A DNA stretch of 64,000 nucleotides from Nitrospirota bacterium (GTDB lineage Bacteria > Nitrospirota > UBA9217), in NCBI GenBank assembly GCA_963818475.1, contig CAWFSF010000002.1:576001-640000 (forward strand), read 5' to 3'. Positions 9,789 through 18,024 of the stretch are shown here, in pieces. A program made the translations under genes and the position numbers. Under the pieces are notes generated by a model. It was given only the letters and a program-made list of their open reading frames with translations, was not told the origin of the DNA and did no database searches. Within the stretch, counting starts at the first letter, position 1, and every line of letters starts with the position of its first letter.

Positions 9789-10514
9789 TCATTTTGCTTC
9801 GGCAAGGACGATCATAATTTCGTTCTTATCTTCTTGACCAAAATCGACGATCCATGCCTTTTGCGGATTAGCTGGTTCTCTTGGATCTAGTTCTTCTGAC
9901 CATTCCAAGCCAATTGCGGCGTGATGCCAAATGATAGACCTGATGAATTGAAGCGATTTTCGGATTTCTTTGCGTGCTTTATCATACTTGGTACGTTCTG
10001 CGTTTACAAGTGTTTGAAAGTCCTTTCCAAGTGGATTCTTAGCGTGAAGATAACTGCTACTTTGCTTGTAAATTTCAATCAGCCGTCCGTGTGTAACTGA
10101 TAAGCTTTTATTGTCTACATGGTGTGCGATCTCCGTTTTTACAATCCGTTTGATAGGCCGAGGAAGAAAATAGGGACTGATTTCACTGAGTCGCTTTTGG
10201 ATTTCAGCAGCCTCCCAGTCCTTGGCGTAATCTCCGTGATCTCGATTATTCTCGGTCTTTTGTAGCTCCCGCAGCTTCTTATATCTTGCTTCATCTCGAA
10301 GTGCAGCAGTGAAGGTGATTATCTCGATGATTCTTCGAATTTGAAGAAAACAGAACTCCGCATCAAGAGATGCTAAGCCCGTTACAGGACTTGGCGCTCG
10401 CAGAACGAACTCGGCGCGCTGCAGTCGAAGTTTTAATTCAAGCATGAGCGTGCGATATACCTCATGCGGCGGAACAGTTGCGTTGTTGGAATCAGTTTTT
10501 GTCTTAATCCCCAT
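9789..10514 (-). CDS. Cassette hypothetical alpha-helical protein
   Basis: 241 aa ORF ending at an attC. Confidence 0.75.
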   Translation of the reverse strand: MGIKTKTDSNNATVPPHEVYRTLMLELKLRLQRAEFVLRAPSPVTGLASLDAEFCFLQIRRIIEIITFTAALRDEARYKKLRELQKTENNRDHGDYAKDWEAAEIQKRLSEISPYFLPRPIKRIVKTEIAHHVDNKSLSVTHGRLIEIYKQSSSYLHAKNPLGKDFQTLVNAERTKYDKARKEIRKSLQFIRSIIWHHAAIGLEWSEELDPREPANPQKAWIVDFGQEDKNEIMIVLAEAK

Positions 10515-10812
10515 AGAATTTTACATAAGTATGTACTTGGCCTTCTGCCTCCCTGACAAGCTGCAATAGCTTTTCCCCAAAAGCCTTTGCCTCTAGAATT
10601 TTCACGTGATTGATTGCATTTGTCAGTTCTCTGATCAATATTGGTATCTGTACCTGATTAAATACCGTATCTCCATATGGATCAATAAATTTTAGACAAT
10701 ATGATGAGCCGTCATTAGGATCGGGCAGTAATTCAGAAAGACGATTTTCTGAATCAAGGCATTGTTTTATTTGGTCGCCGCTTTCTGACTCTATATATGC
10801 ATCGATTCCCAT
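10504..10812 (-). CDS. Cassette hypothetical protein (IDPYGDTVFN motif)
   Basis: 102 aa, first ORF of a two-ORF cassette. Confidence 0.75.
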   Translation of the reverse strand: MGIDAYIESESGDQIKQCLDSENRLSELLPDPNDGSSYCLKFIDPYGDTVFNQVQIPILIRELTNAINHVKILEAKAFGEKLLQLVREAEGQVHTYVKFYGD

Positions 10813-10821
10813 TATTCACCC

Positions 10822-10878
10822 ATATAACGCGCGCGGAGCCGCGAGCTTGTCGCGGCGGACTCGATGAGCAGGTTGGAA
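10822..10878 (-). mobile_element. Integron attC site
   Basis: TTCCAAC-CTGCTCATCGAGTCCGCCGCGACAAGCTCGCGGCTCCGCGCGC-GTTATAT, 57 bp. Confidence 0.8.
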
Positions 10879-11023
10879 TCAGCAAATCAATAATTGCACG
10901 CCAGCTATCAACGTCACCTTGGCCAGCAGTCCCGCCGCTTTACCAATGTCATCGCCCCAGCGTTTGAAGTAGCTGTCATGGAGAATACCTTATCAGTCAT
11001 AGCAATTGTTTGCTCCAAAGCTG

Positions 11024-11086
11024 GACCAACGCTACGGTCGCCCGTGCGGACCGGAGGGTTGCGTCTGGTGCAGAGATTTATTCGAC
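11024..11086 (-). mobile_element. Degenerate attC site
   Basis: GTCGAAT-AAATCTCTGCACCAGACGC...GCGACCGTAGC-GTTGGTC; R'' is mutated relative to the expected GTCTAAC. Confidence 0.55.
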
Positions 11087-11111
11087 GTACTTTCTTCAGT
11101 CTGCTCAGGCG

Positions 11112-11567
11112 TTATCTAGGAAAAATCTTCTTATTACCGTCCCATGCTTCCACGCTCGGTGCAACGGCAGTTCCATCCAATAGTACCGCTATCCTAAGTC
11201 GGGCATGATTTTCAAGCGGTAATGCCGCGTCAATGACTGAGTTTGCTGCGATAAACTCGACAACATAACAGAACTTTCTCTGGTCTAAGGTCTGTGCAAG
11301 TCTTATGTTTGTCACGAGGAGATCATCAGAGACCAGACTCGCCGCTTGACTGCGCGCCGATTTCTCCGCTTCCGCCGGCTGGAGTGGGGGCGGAAACTGC
11401 AGGTTCCACTTAGGAATTGTCTCGAAATCCTTTTCCGTTAGAATTGTTGTGTAAATCTTGCCTTTGTAGAGATCTGACAGGCTGAGAAGAGGCTGTTTTA
11501 TCGCATTAGTGGCGCCGATGCCGCAGACCGCAAGAAATACAGCCAGGATGACGTTAATAACTTTCAT
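11112..11567 (-). CDS. Cassette exported hypothetical protein
   Basis: 151 aa, signal peptide, preceded by GTTAGACCGGAGG. Confidence 0.75.
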   Translation of the reverse strand: MKVINVILAVFLAVCGIGATNAIKQPLLSLSDLYKGKIYTTILTEKDFETIPKWNLQFPPPLQPAEAEKSARSQAASLVSDDLLVTNIRLAQTLDQRKFCYVVEFIAANSVIDAALPLENHARLRIAVLLDGTAVAPSVEAWDGNKKIFPR

Positions 11568-11580
11568 ATATCGACCTCCG

Positions 11581-11605
11581 GTCTAACCAGTTGTTAATTG
11601 GACGG
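11581..11605 (-). mobile_element. Putative attI-like site heading cassette array B
   Basis: CCGTCCAATTAACAACTG-GTTAGAC: canonical GTTRRRY without an upstream attC palindrome. Confidence 0.5.
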
Positions 11606-11627
11606 AAACCACTATCTACACATATAT

Positions 11628-11673
11628 AAAAGCATATACAGGTATATGGTTCCATCTACCTGTATATGCTTTT
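11628..11673. repeat. 46-bp near-perfect palindrome
   Basis: AAAAGCATATACAGGTA...TACCTGTATATGCTTTT. Confidence 0.85.
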
Positions 11674-11891
11674 CCAGCGGTGTGTCCGAGATTTTCATTT
11701 TTTATGAACCAGAGCGGTTTCCCAGGATTAACCTTCCTCGTGCTGTTTCAGGTTGGAATCCCACTGTTACCGCGAGAGCTGATGGTACGGGAACCTATAA
11801 CATTGTTGCTAAAATCGCATTACGCTAATGCCTGGAACCAACGCAACGGGTGCAATAATGTCCCTGAGTCACCTGGCCCTTTCGTTCCCTT

Positions 11892-12830
11892 CTATTCTTT
11901 CACTTTCCAGGCTGATCGCATGGAAGCCTGATCGAACGGAGCAGGAATCTTCCCGTCAGCAGCAAAGAGATAAAGCGCGCATATATAGATATGGTTTGCG
12001 ACATTGAATAGATAAGAAAACGAGAGAATACCGATCAGACAAAGCACGGCAGCGATTATAATGATTGAAGTACTATTCAGAAGGATAGAAATAATGAACA
12101 TACCAGCGAAAAAAAAGAGCGACGAAAGAATAATTATAAGGCCGCCGAATTGGATGCCTACATACCCGATCAACGATTCTCCCCATGTTTTCTTCAGAGT
12201 ACCTGCGGATTGCCGTAAGAGATGAAATGGATTGACGCTTGCTTCAGTAATAATAAACGGAATGACAAATACCGAAGCAACGCTCCATGCAATTCCTATA
12301 AAACCCAGAATGATCTTGCCTAAGATCCCGACTTTTTCTTCCAGTGTCCGAATTATATAACCGATCAGGCCTGCAAACAGTGACCAGATTAAAATGGAAG
12401 GAAGTTTTGTGCTTGCAAATCGCAAGCCCCGCATGATGGAAACATCTTGTCCGTTCAATGCACGCAAAATTTCATGATAAAACGCCACGGAAAAAAAGGT
12501 GGCGAGGAACATGGCGGCAAAATAGAGTATCGAAATGAAGAGAATACCATTGTTTGTCAGCTCTGCCGGCAGCGGACTATTGTGGTTCTGAGATGCTTCC
12601 ATTGATCCTGCAGTAAAAATCGTTTGCCCAACGGCTTTCCAATGCTGGATGTCGGTATACTTGAATCCGGTCGGCTGTAAAGCCACAGGTGCAATAAAGA
12701 AAAGAATGATGAGCAGCGTTAATGCGGCGGTAACGATGGGAAATACGAGCAGCTTCTTATGGTCCCTCATGACCGTCAGAGATTGTGTGAACAACTGCCA
12801 ACTATTCTGCAGCCTTGTCGTAAAGCTCAT
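11892..12830 (-). CDS. DUF6159-like polytopic membrane protein
   Basis: SW.LF..S..V....K.LL.FP N-terminus; S..TLKKTWGE motif. Confidence 0.75.
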   Translation of the reverse strand: MSFTTRLQNSWQLFTQSLTVMRDHKKLLVFPIVTAALTLLIILFFIAPVALQPTGFKYTDIQHWKAVGQTIFTAGSMEASQNHNSPLPAELTNNGILFISILYFAAMFLATFFSVAFYHEILRALNGQDVSIMRGLRFASTKLPSILIWSLFAGLIGYIIRTLEEKVGILGKIILGFIGIAWSVASVFVIPFIITEASVNPFHLLRQSAGTLKKTWGESLIGYVGIQFGGLIIILSSLFFFAGMFIISILLNSTSIIIIAAVLCLIGILSFSYLFNVANHIYICALYLFAADGKIPAPFDQASMRSAWKVKE

Positions 12831-12871
12831 ACTTCCTCCTTTTTTGAGCGCAAGGGTTGCCGCGTTCTCAC

Positions 12872-12975
12872 CCCGGACTTGGTATGACTATATACAAGTT
12901 GATCAAATAGATAAAGAACAAAAGAAGGGTAATTTAAGGTAATGATTCTGTGAGGGAGTCGCGGGGTACTACTCT
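12872..12975. repeat. 104-bp dispersed upstream repeat, copy 1
   Basis: 96/104 identical to 15601-15704 by manual alignment. Confidence 0.9.
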
Positions 12976-12992
12976 AGCATGCGTTTAGCCGA

Positions 12993-13337
12993 TTACACCC
13001 GTTTCCCGCCAAAACAGTGTATGGTGCGCGTTCCCGCGACAGCTCTGCCGGAATGCGGCGTGCCTTTCGGGATATAACATTCCCGGCCCGCCTCATAAGG
13101 CTCTTCCTTCCCGTTGCTAATGACCGTATATGTTCCCTGAAGGACCACGAGATACTCGTCATAATCATGGGTGTGCTCTTTTGAATCCCTGTCCTGGTAA
13201 CACGTCCAGAACGCCATCTGGCTGCCGTCCGCGCCGGTAAAAACGTACCCTTCTATCCCTTCGGTGTATTGTGATTCCTTGCCGATACGGTTTGCAGGAC
13301 GTCTCATAAACTCAGGAAACTCTTTCATGTCGTTCAT
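12993..13337 (-). CDS. Cupin domain protein
   Basis: HTHDYDEY..V..G and IPKGTPH. Confidence 0.85.
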   Translation of the reverse strand: MNDMKEFPEFMRRPANRIGKESQYTEGIEGYVFTGADGSQMAFWTCYQDRDSKEHTHDYDEYLVVLQGTYTVISNGKEEPYEAGRECYIPKGTPHSGRAVAGTRTIHCFGGKRV

Positions 13338-13393
13338 CGCTCTATATCTCCTGAGTTTTTTTCACTTTCGCGGTCTTCTCTTTGAATGTATGG

Positions 13394-13873
13394 CTAGTTA
13401 AAAATTTCATACTCCGGAAGGTTCCGGACGTCAGGGCAATTTCTTGAATGGCGTTCGATCTCGCGTCCCTGCTTGCCGCGAGGCCCGGCTTCGTGGATGC
13501 TCAGGTTATAAATGCGATCAGCGTAATTTACGTTTGCGATGTATCGATCGCCGGGCCGGGGAGTAAGGATAGTAGTACTGGGGACGAATCCGTCTGAATG
13601 GAAAACGAAAGCGAGATACGTGGGGCGGCCTGTGGGAATGCCTATCTGCGTCTCACCGTTTTTCAGTTTGATGCTGCCGAGGTAGTCGCTTTTGCAATCA
13701 TCCTTCAAATCATAAATATGAAGGACTACTTCCACGCTCATAAACAGAGATCCCGACGCTTTGGTCTTCACCAACAGATTTTTTTCTGCCGTATTCGGAT
13801 ACGTCTTGAGGCCGGAGCAGGCTGTAACAGCAAATATCACCACTAACCAGAACGCCAGATGAAAACGGCTCAT
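13394..13873 (-). CDS. Hypothetical lipoprotein
   Basis: Lipobox VTAC. Confidence 0.75.
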   Translation of the reverse strand: MSRFHLAFWLVVIFAVTACSGLKTYPNTAEKNLLVKTKASGSLFMSVEVVLHIYDLKDDCKSDYLGSIKLKNGETQIGIPTGRPTYLAFVFHSDGFVPSTTILTPRPGDRYIANVNYADRIYNLSIHEAGPRGKQGREIERHSRNCPDVRNLPEYEIFN

Positions 13874-13906
13874 GATCGGCTCCTCCCGGGACAGCCTTTT
13901 CGTATA

Positions 13907-14419
13907 TTATCGGGTTGTCAGATCCGGACAGCCCATGTTATCGCCCTTGACCCATCCCCGCATCGCATTATGGATAAACTTCTCATCGGGAGACGACCTG
14001 AAAATATCGATTTTTGTCCGGTTCTTGCCGATAGGAGTAGCATCCATGACAATCACATAATCGCCTTCCGGAGGCGCGCCTATCGCGATGACCCCACCCG
14101 CCTTATACTGAAGATGAATTTCAGTCCGATTGGGAGTGGTTACATAGGTCGGTTTAAAAACATTGAATCTTTCGTTTTTACCAATGCAATTGAGGCATAC
14201 GAGGCGGACCGTAACATCAAGACATTCTGTTGCCTTTTTTCGCATCGTCTCCGTGACGTCTTTGAACGAACGTGCGACTTCGAAAGTTTCCACTGTCGTA
14301 AACGGAGTAGCGCGGACAGTTTTCCGGAATTCTTCCGCATTTTTTGCGCCGCACCCTGCAAGGAGAAATACAACTGCTGCCAGCAACAATCCCGTTCTTG
14401 CTCGAAACAGGTAGCGCAT
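13907..14419 (-). CDS. Hypothetical lipoprotein
   Basis: Lipobox LAGC; start at MRYLFR after GGAGG. Confidence 0.75.
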   Translation of the reverse strand: MRYLFRARTGLLLAAVVFLLAGCGAKNAEEFRKTVRATPFTTVETFEVARSFKDVTETMRKKATECLDVTVRLVCLNCIGKNERFNVFKPTYVTTPNRTEIHLQYKAGGVIAIGAPPEGDYVIVMDATPIGKNRTKIDIFRSSPDEKFIHNAMRGWVKGDNMGCPDLTTR

Positions 14420-14460
14420 CCAAGCCTCCTTGAATTCATAAAGTATCTGCTTGCGGATCA

Positions 14461-14928
14461 TCACTTTATTACGCTTTTACTGTTACGGTGCGTTGAGGTC
14501 GAAGACTGCATCGAAGTCCCTGCAAACCCGAGGATCTCGTCAATTTGCGACCTCAGGTAAGGTTTAAGTCCGCCTCCAAAGAACCCTGGTCCGGCACTCA
14601 CTGTTATCGGTATAAACAATAAGGGCAGCTGATTGGACTGGAGATAATAATCGCCCTCAAGCAGATTTTCGGAGTAGTGCAGATTTGCATGAAACGCAGT
14701 ATAGCCCAAACTTAAGATGGAATGGGTCGGCCACCAATCAGAGATCTCTAACGTGGTGTCGTTGATCCATGACACCGAGTATTCTTTGGATGCCTTCTCC
14801 GCAATGTTTTTAAGCGGGTTTAGATCCACTTGTGAACGGATATTTGTTACGGCGCACCCGCTGAAAAGAACTATTGAAACCAGGCAGAGAACGAGATTTG
14901 AGCGAACTTTCATGATCCTCCCTTTCAT
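14461..14928 (-). CDS. Hypothetical lipoprotein
   Basis: Lipobox FSGC. Confidence 0.75.
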   Translation of the reverse strand: MKGRIMKVRSNLVLCLVSIVLFSGCAVTNIRSQVDLNPLKNIAEKASKEYSVSWINDTTLEISDWWPTHSILSLGYTAFHANLHYSENLLEGDYYLQSNQLPLLFIPITVSAGPGFFGGGLKPYLRSQIDEILGFAGTSMQSSTSTHRNSKSVIK

Positions 14929-14971
14929 AGTTGTTTTAATCTGGCGAGCCTTTCACGCCGCTCTATTCCAC

Positions 14972-15580
14972 CTACGAAACTGTTTCATTCTTTTTCATGT
15001 CTGCATTGTAATCCATGATCCTGGGCGCGCTGCCTATTTCACGAAGAAGATTCTGGTTCTCCTCTACAGAACCAGGCAACAATAAAGTGCCCCCGCGGAG
15101 ATATTTACGAAGATCGGCCCTTTGCTTCAATAAATTTCCAAGTCCTTCGCGCGAAGATGTTGAGATATGAATGCCATCTTTTGTAATATTTGCAAGGACG
15201 ACAAAATGCAATGGTTGCGAAGTTAAACTTTTCATGATCTGGCTCATCGTAGGCGGCCCTCCCGGATCTCGGGCAAGGCTTGAATCGGCCTCCGGAAAGA
15301 AATCAAGATAAGTGAAGCCGCCAGACTTAAAGAGCGTCAACGTGTAATTAGACCAGGCATTACCTTGTCTGAGTGTTGCAGTGTAGCATTTTGGATCATC
15401 ATCATTTTTCTTTATCGTCCAATTGTGCCCGGCACGTTTATCCGCATAGGTGCCGAGCAGGCGATCGTCCTTTATAACTTGCTCCGGCTTGTAAAAAGGA
15501 TTGGTCGAGGTTAGACATCCGCTGAGAATAGCAGTAAGCAATAAAAATAGAATTTGTCGTAAATTTATTGAACTTCGCAT
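14972..15580 (-). CDS. Hypothetical lipoprotein
   Basis: Lipobox LSGC; start at MRSSINL. Confidence 0.75.
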   Translation of the reverse strand: MRSSINLRQILFLLLTAILSGCLTSTNPFYKPEQVIKDDRLLGTYADKRAGHNWTIKKNDDDPKCYTATLRQGNAWSNYTLTLFKSGGFTYLDFFPEADSSLARDPGGPPTMSQIMKSLTSQPLHFVVLANITKDGIHISTSSREGLGNLLKQRADLRKYLRGGTLLLPGSVEENQNLLREIGSAPRIMDYNADMKKNETVS

Positions 15581-15600
15581 TTCTCCCCCCCTTTTTTTCA

Positions 15601-15704
15601 CCCGGATTTGGCATGACTATATACAAGTTGATCAAATAGATAAAGAATAAAAGAAGGGTGATTTAAGGTAATGATCCTGTGAGGAAGTCACGGGGTTCTA
15701 CTCT
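15601..15704. repeat. 104-bp dispersed upstream repeat, copy 2
   Basis: CCCGGA..ATGACTATATACAAGTTGATCAAATAGATAAAGAA..CTACTCT. Confidence 0.9.
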
Positions 15705-15735
15705 TCTTTTGCGCGTGGGAATAACACGCCGTATT

Positions 15736-16167
15736 TCAGGAAGTGAGAATTTTGTATTCCGCCGCGATCTCCGCGTTGCCTTTCACCATTGCCCAGACCG
15801 GGCAGACGGATTCCTCTGCCTGCCGAAGCGCCAGCCGAACATCGTCGTCCTTCGCGTCGCTCGACACAACGGTGAATTCAAGGAAGATCTTCTCGAACGA
15901 CGTCGGGTGCTGCTGGCGCCTCGTCCCTTTTGCCTTCACCGTGATCCCGGACACCGTTCTCCCCATCTTTCGGAGCAGGATTCCGATCGTTCCGCCGCTG
16001 CACGCGGCGAGGCTCATCAGCAGCATTTCAAGGGGAGTGTACCCCTGCCCGTCGCCGAACGGGGGAATGTAGTCGATCGGGATCGGTGGATGGTCCCTCA
16101 ACCCGCCGGTATAGCCCAGCTTTTGGTTCGTAGAGTGAACCGTAACTTCCAATGGCGCGATCATCAT
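15736..16167 (-). CDS. OsmC family protein
   Basis: TPLEMLLMSLAACS and CPV motifs. Confidence 0.9.
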   Translation of the reverse strand: MMIAPLEVTVHSTNQKLGYTGGLRDHPPIPIDYIPPFGDGQGYTPLEMLLMSLAACSGGTIGILLRKMGRTVSGITVKAKGTRRQQHPTSFEKIFLEFTVVSSDAKDDDVRLALRQAEESVCPVWAMVKGNAEIAAEYKILTS

Positions 16168-16217
16168 AGTCCTCCTTTGATCATTCCGGGTAACTGCTCA
16201 GCACATATAAAATTCTT

Positions 16218-16362
16218 TCTCCCGCAGAGCCGCGTAGCCGCAGAGAAATCATTATCAAGAGCTTCGTCAAGATTCAATAGGCAACTGCGCGCCGCCGTCA
16301 CCCAAGCAGCTGTTCTTGTCGCGTTTTTTGCCTTCCTCTGCGCCTCCGCGTCTCCGCGCGAG
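16218..16362. repeat. REP-like palindromic element (CGCAGAG..CTCTGCG family)
   Basis: CCGCAGAGCCGCG...CTCTGCGCCTCCGCGTCTCCGCGCGA; related remnants near 38270-38341 and 56640. Confidence 0.55.
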
Positions 16363-16390
16363 TCCCCCTTACAATTCTGGAGCTTCTCCG

Positions 16391-16918
16391 TCATTTCCGT
16401 CCGGCCAAATGCCGCTGAATTTCGTCTTTATGCAGCCCCACGTATGCGCAGCTCGGCGTTGTTCCGCATTTTCTGCATTCGATATCGTAGGCTGAATTTA
16501 TCGTCCCGCAGCGTTGACAGGAATAATGCTCGAGCATTTCCCTATACCAGGTTTCATATCCTGCTTCCTTGATCCGTGCCTGCGACTTCCACAATTCTAT
16601 CCTATGCGGCATCTCGGCCTGGAAGGCCTTCAACTCCCTGCAGGGATATTCCGCGCATTCGCCGCAAAACTCAACGCCCCTGGCCGCGGCGCATTTCGCC
16701 ATCGTGCACCTGGTTTCACAATAAAAGCAGCGCTTGTCGGAACGACATCCGTTGCACTGCATTTCCTCCAGGGGCCGTTTCAAGCGCTCGGCCATTTTCG
16801 CGAGCCCTTCCGGTTCTTCCCGGGTGCCGATAAAAGCGCGACATGCCGGGCAAAACAGGCCGCAGACCGCCGCAAGGCGCTTGTCCGGCGTGCGAATGCT
16901 GTTATCCGCTTTGTCCAT
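16391..16918 (-). CDS. DUF3795-family Cys-rich protein
   Basis: CGLFCPAC, CNGC, CGECAEYPC. Confidence 0.85.
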   Translation of the reverse strand: MDKADNSIRTPDKRLAAVCGLFCPACRAFIGTREEPEGLAKMAERLKRPLEEMQCNGCRSDKRCFYCETRCTMAKCAAARGVEFCGECAEYPCRELKAFQAEMPHRIELWKSQARIKEAGYETWYREMLEHYSCQRCGTINSAYDIECRKCGTTPSCAYVGLHKDEIQRHLAGRK

Positions 16919-16924
16919 GATAGT

Positions 16925-17302
16925 TCACCATCCTTTCGTCAACTGTCCCGATGGACCGCCTCTGGCGAAAATGCCGGCAGACAGACCGCGATATATTCGG
17001 CGCCGTCGGGTCCCGGAGTGCTGTACTGGACCCATTCGTTGCGCTCGCGTAATGATGGCCTGGCCTTCTTTGACATCGATGCTTCCGGTCCGCGTGGTCA
17101 CGCGAAGAAGACCGCGCAGGACCACGGTATATTCATCGAACTCGGGCGTCTGTCCCGGTTCGACCCAGCCGGAGGGACTCTTCATCCGGGCAATGCTTAT
17201 TGCGTCGGTTTTTGAATTGACGCGGCCGACAAATTCCTCGATCCTCTTCGGCATATTGCCCGCAGCGGTGATCACGGTCGGCGTTTCAATGAGTTTGGGC
17301 AT
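16925..17302 (-). CDS. Cupin protein (probable C-terminal frameshift)
   Basis: GWVEPGQTPEFDEYTVVLRG; expected WVQYSTP tail lies in another frame. Confidence 0.8.
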   Translation of the reverse strand: MPKLIETPTVITAAGNMPKRIEEFVGRVNSKTDAISIARMKSPSGWVEPGQTPEFDEYTVVLRGLLRVTTRTGSIDVKEGQAIITRAQRMGPVQHSGTRRRRIYRGLSAGIFARGGPSGQLTKGW

Positions 17303-17347
17303 ATCGCATCCCTTTCCGCAAATGAGAGCATAGGGCGTTCTTTTGAC

Positions 17348-17413
17348 CCCGGATCTATTATGACTATATACAAATTGACCAAGATTGATAAAGAGTAAAA
17401 GAAGGGTATTTTA
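17348..17413. repeat. Diverged, partial copy 3 of the upstream repeat
   Basis: CCCGGA..ATGACTATATACAAATTGACCAAGATTGATAAAGAGTAAAAGAAGGGTA. Confidence 0.8.
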
Positions 17414-17551
17414 TTAATGGTACTCAAAGTCATCTCATCCTTAAGCATGCCCTCTTAATCCCGATCAGGGCAAACGAGATATAATTAAAGCAGAACTTTT
17501 TTGACCGAGATCGACCCGATCAGACCTATCGGGTGCAGGGAGGTGATATCC

Positions 17552-17980
17552 ATGGCAACGAAGTCAGTGAGAGTGGATAATGATGTCGCCCGTAAACGGA
17601 TGGACAAGGAACATGAACAGATCCTGAATGCGCTTTTGAAACAGTTGACGCCCGTATTTTTGCACAGCCCGGACGGGGTCTATCTGTATCTGGACGACAA
17701 CCATAAGGTATGCAACAAGCGGCTGGCCGACATGTTCGGCATGACTGTTGAGCAATGGAGCAGGGTCCCGAATTTCCTGGAAGGATTTGTGGCGCCGCAG
17801 GACCGGGAGCTGGTCGCATCGAACTTCCAGAAACATGTGGCGGCACTGAGCAGGCCCGTCACGTTCCGCTTTAATGCTGTACGGAAGAACGGCGAGACCT
17901 TCACGGCGGAGACGGAGATGATCCCCCTCAGCTGGGGCGGCTACCCGATCGCCTATCACTTCGTGCGGGAGATAAAGTAG
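17552..17980 (+). CDS. Stand-alone PAS domain protein
   Basis: SPDGVY..CNKRLADMFG..RKNGETF; GGAGGTG RBS. Confidence 0.8.
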   Translation: MATKSVRVDNDVARKRMDKEHEQILNALLKQLTPVFLHSPDGVYLYLDDNHKVCNKRLADMFGMTVEQWSRVPNFLEGFVAPQDRELVASNFQKHVAALSRPVTFRFNAVRKNGETFTAETEMIPLSWGGYPIAYHFVREIK

Positions 17981-18024
17981 ACTGAGCCGATGTGGGAGAG
18001 GGCGGGTGAAAGGCATGACCGGCG

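Noticed and set aside
10465-10497. CTGATTCCAAC...TCCGCCGC resembling the left arm of the 10822-10878 attC
   Set aside because: No right arm, it lies within an ORF, and the outer R boxes already match a two-gene cassette; may be chance.
11657-11677. LexA box
   Set aside because: CTGT...CAG spacing does not fit the 16-bp CTGT-N8-ACAG consensus.
11598-11931. Plus-strand ORFs at the position where intI would lie
   Set aside because: Short, with no tyrosine-recombinase motifs (R..HxxR..Y) or IntI patch; not callable as an integrase remnant.
12872-12975. 104-bp repeat as a dif/pdif site, FNR box or attC
   Set aside because: No 11-6-11 XerC/D arms, TTGAT-N4-ATCAA spacing not met, and no AAC...GTT palindrome.
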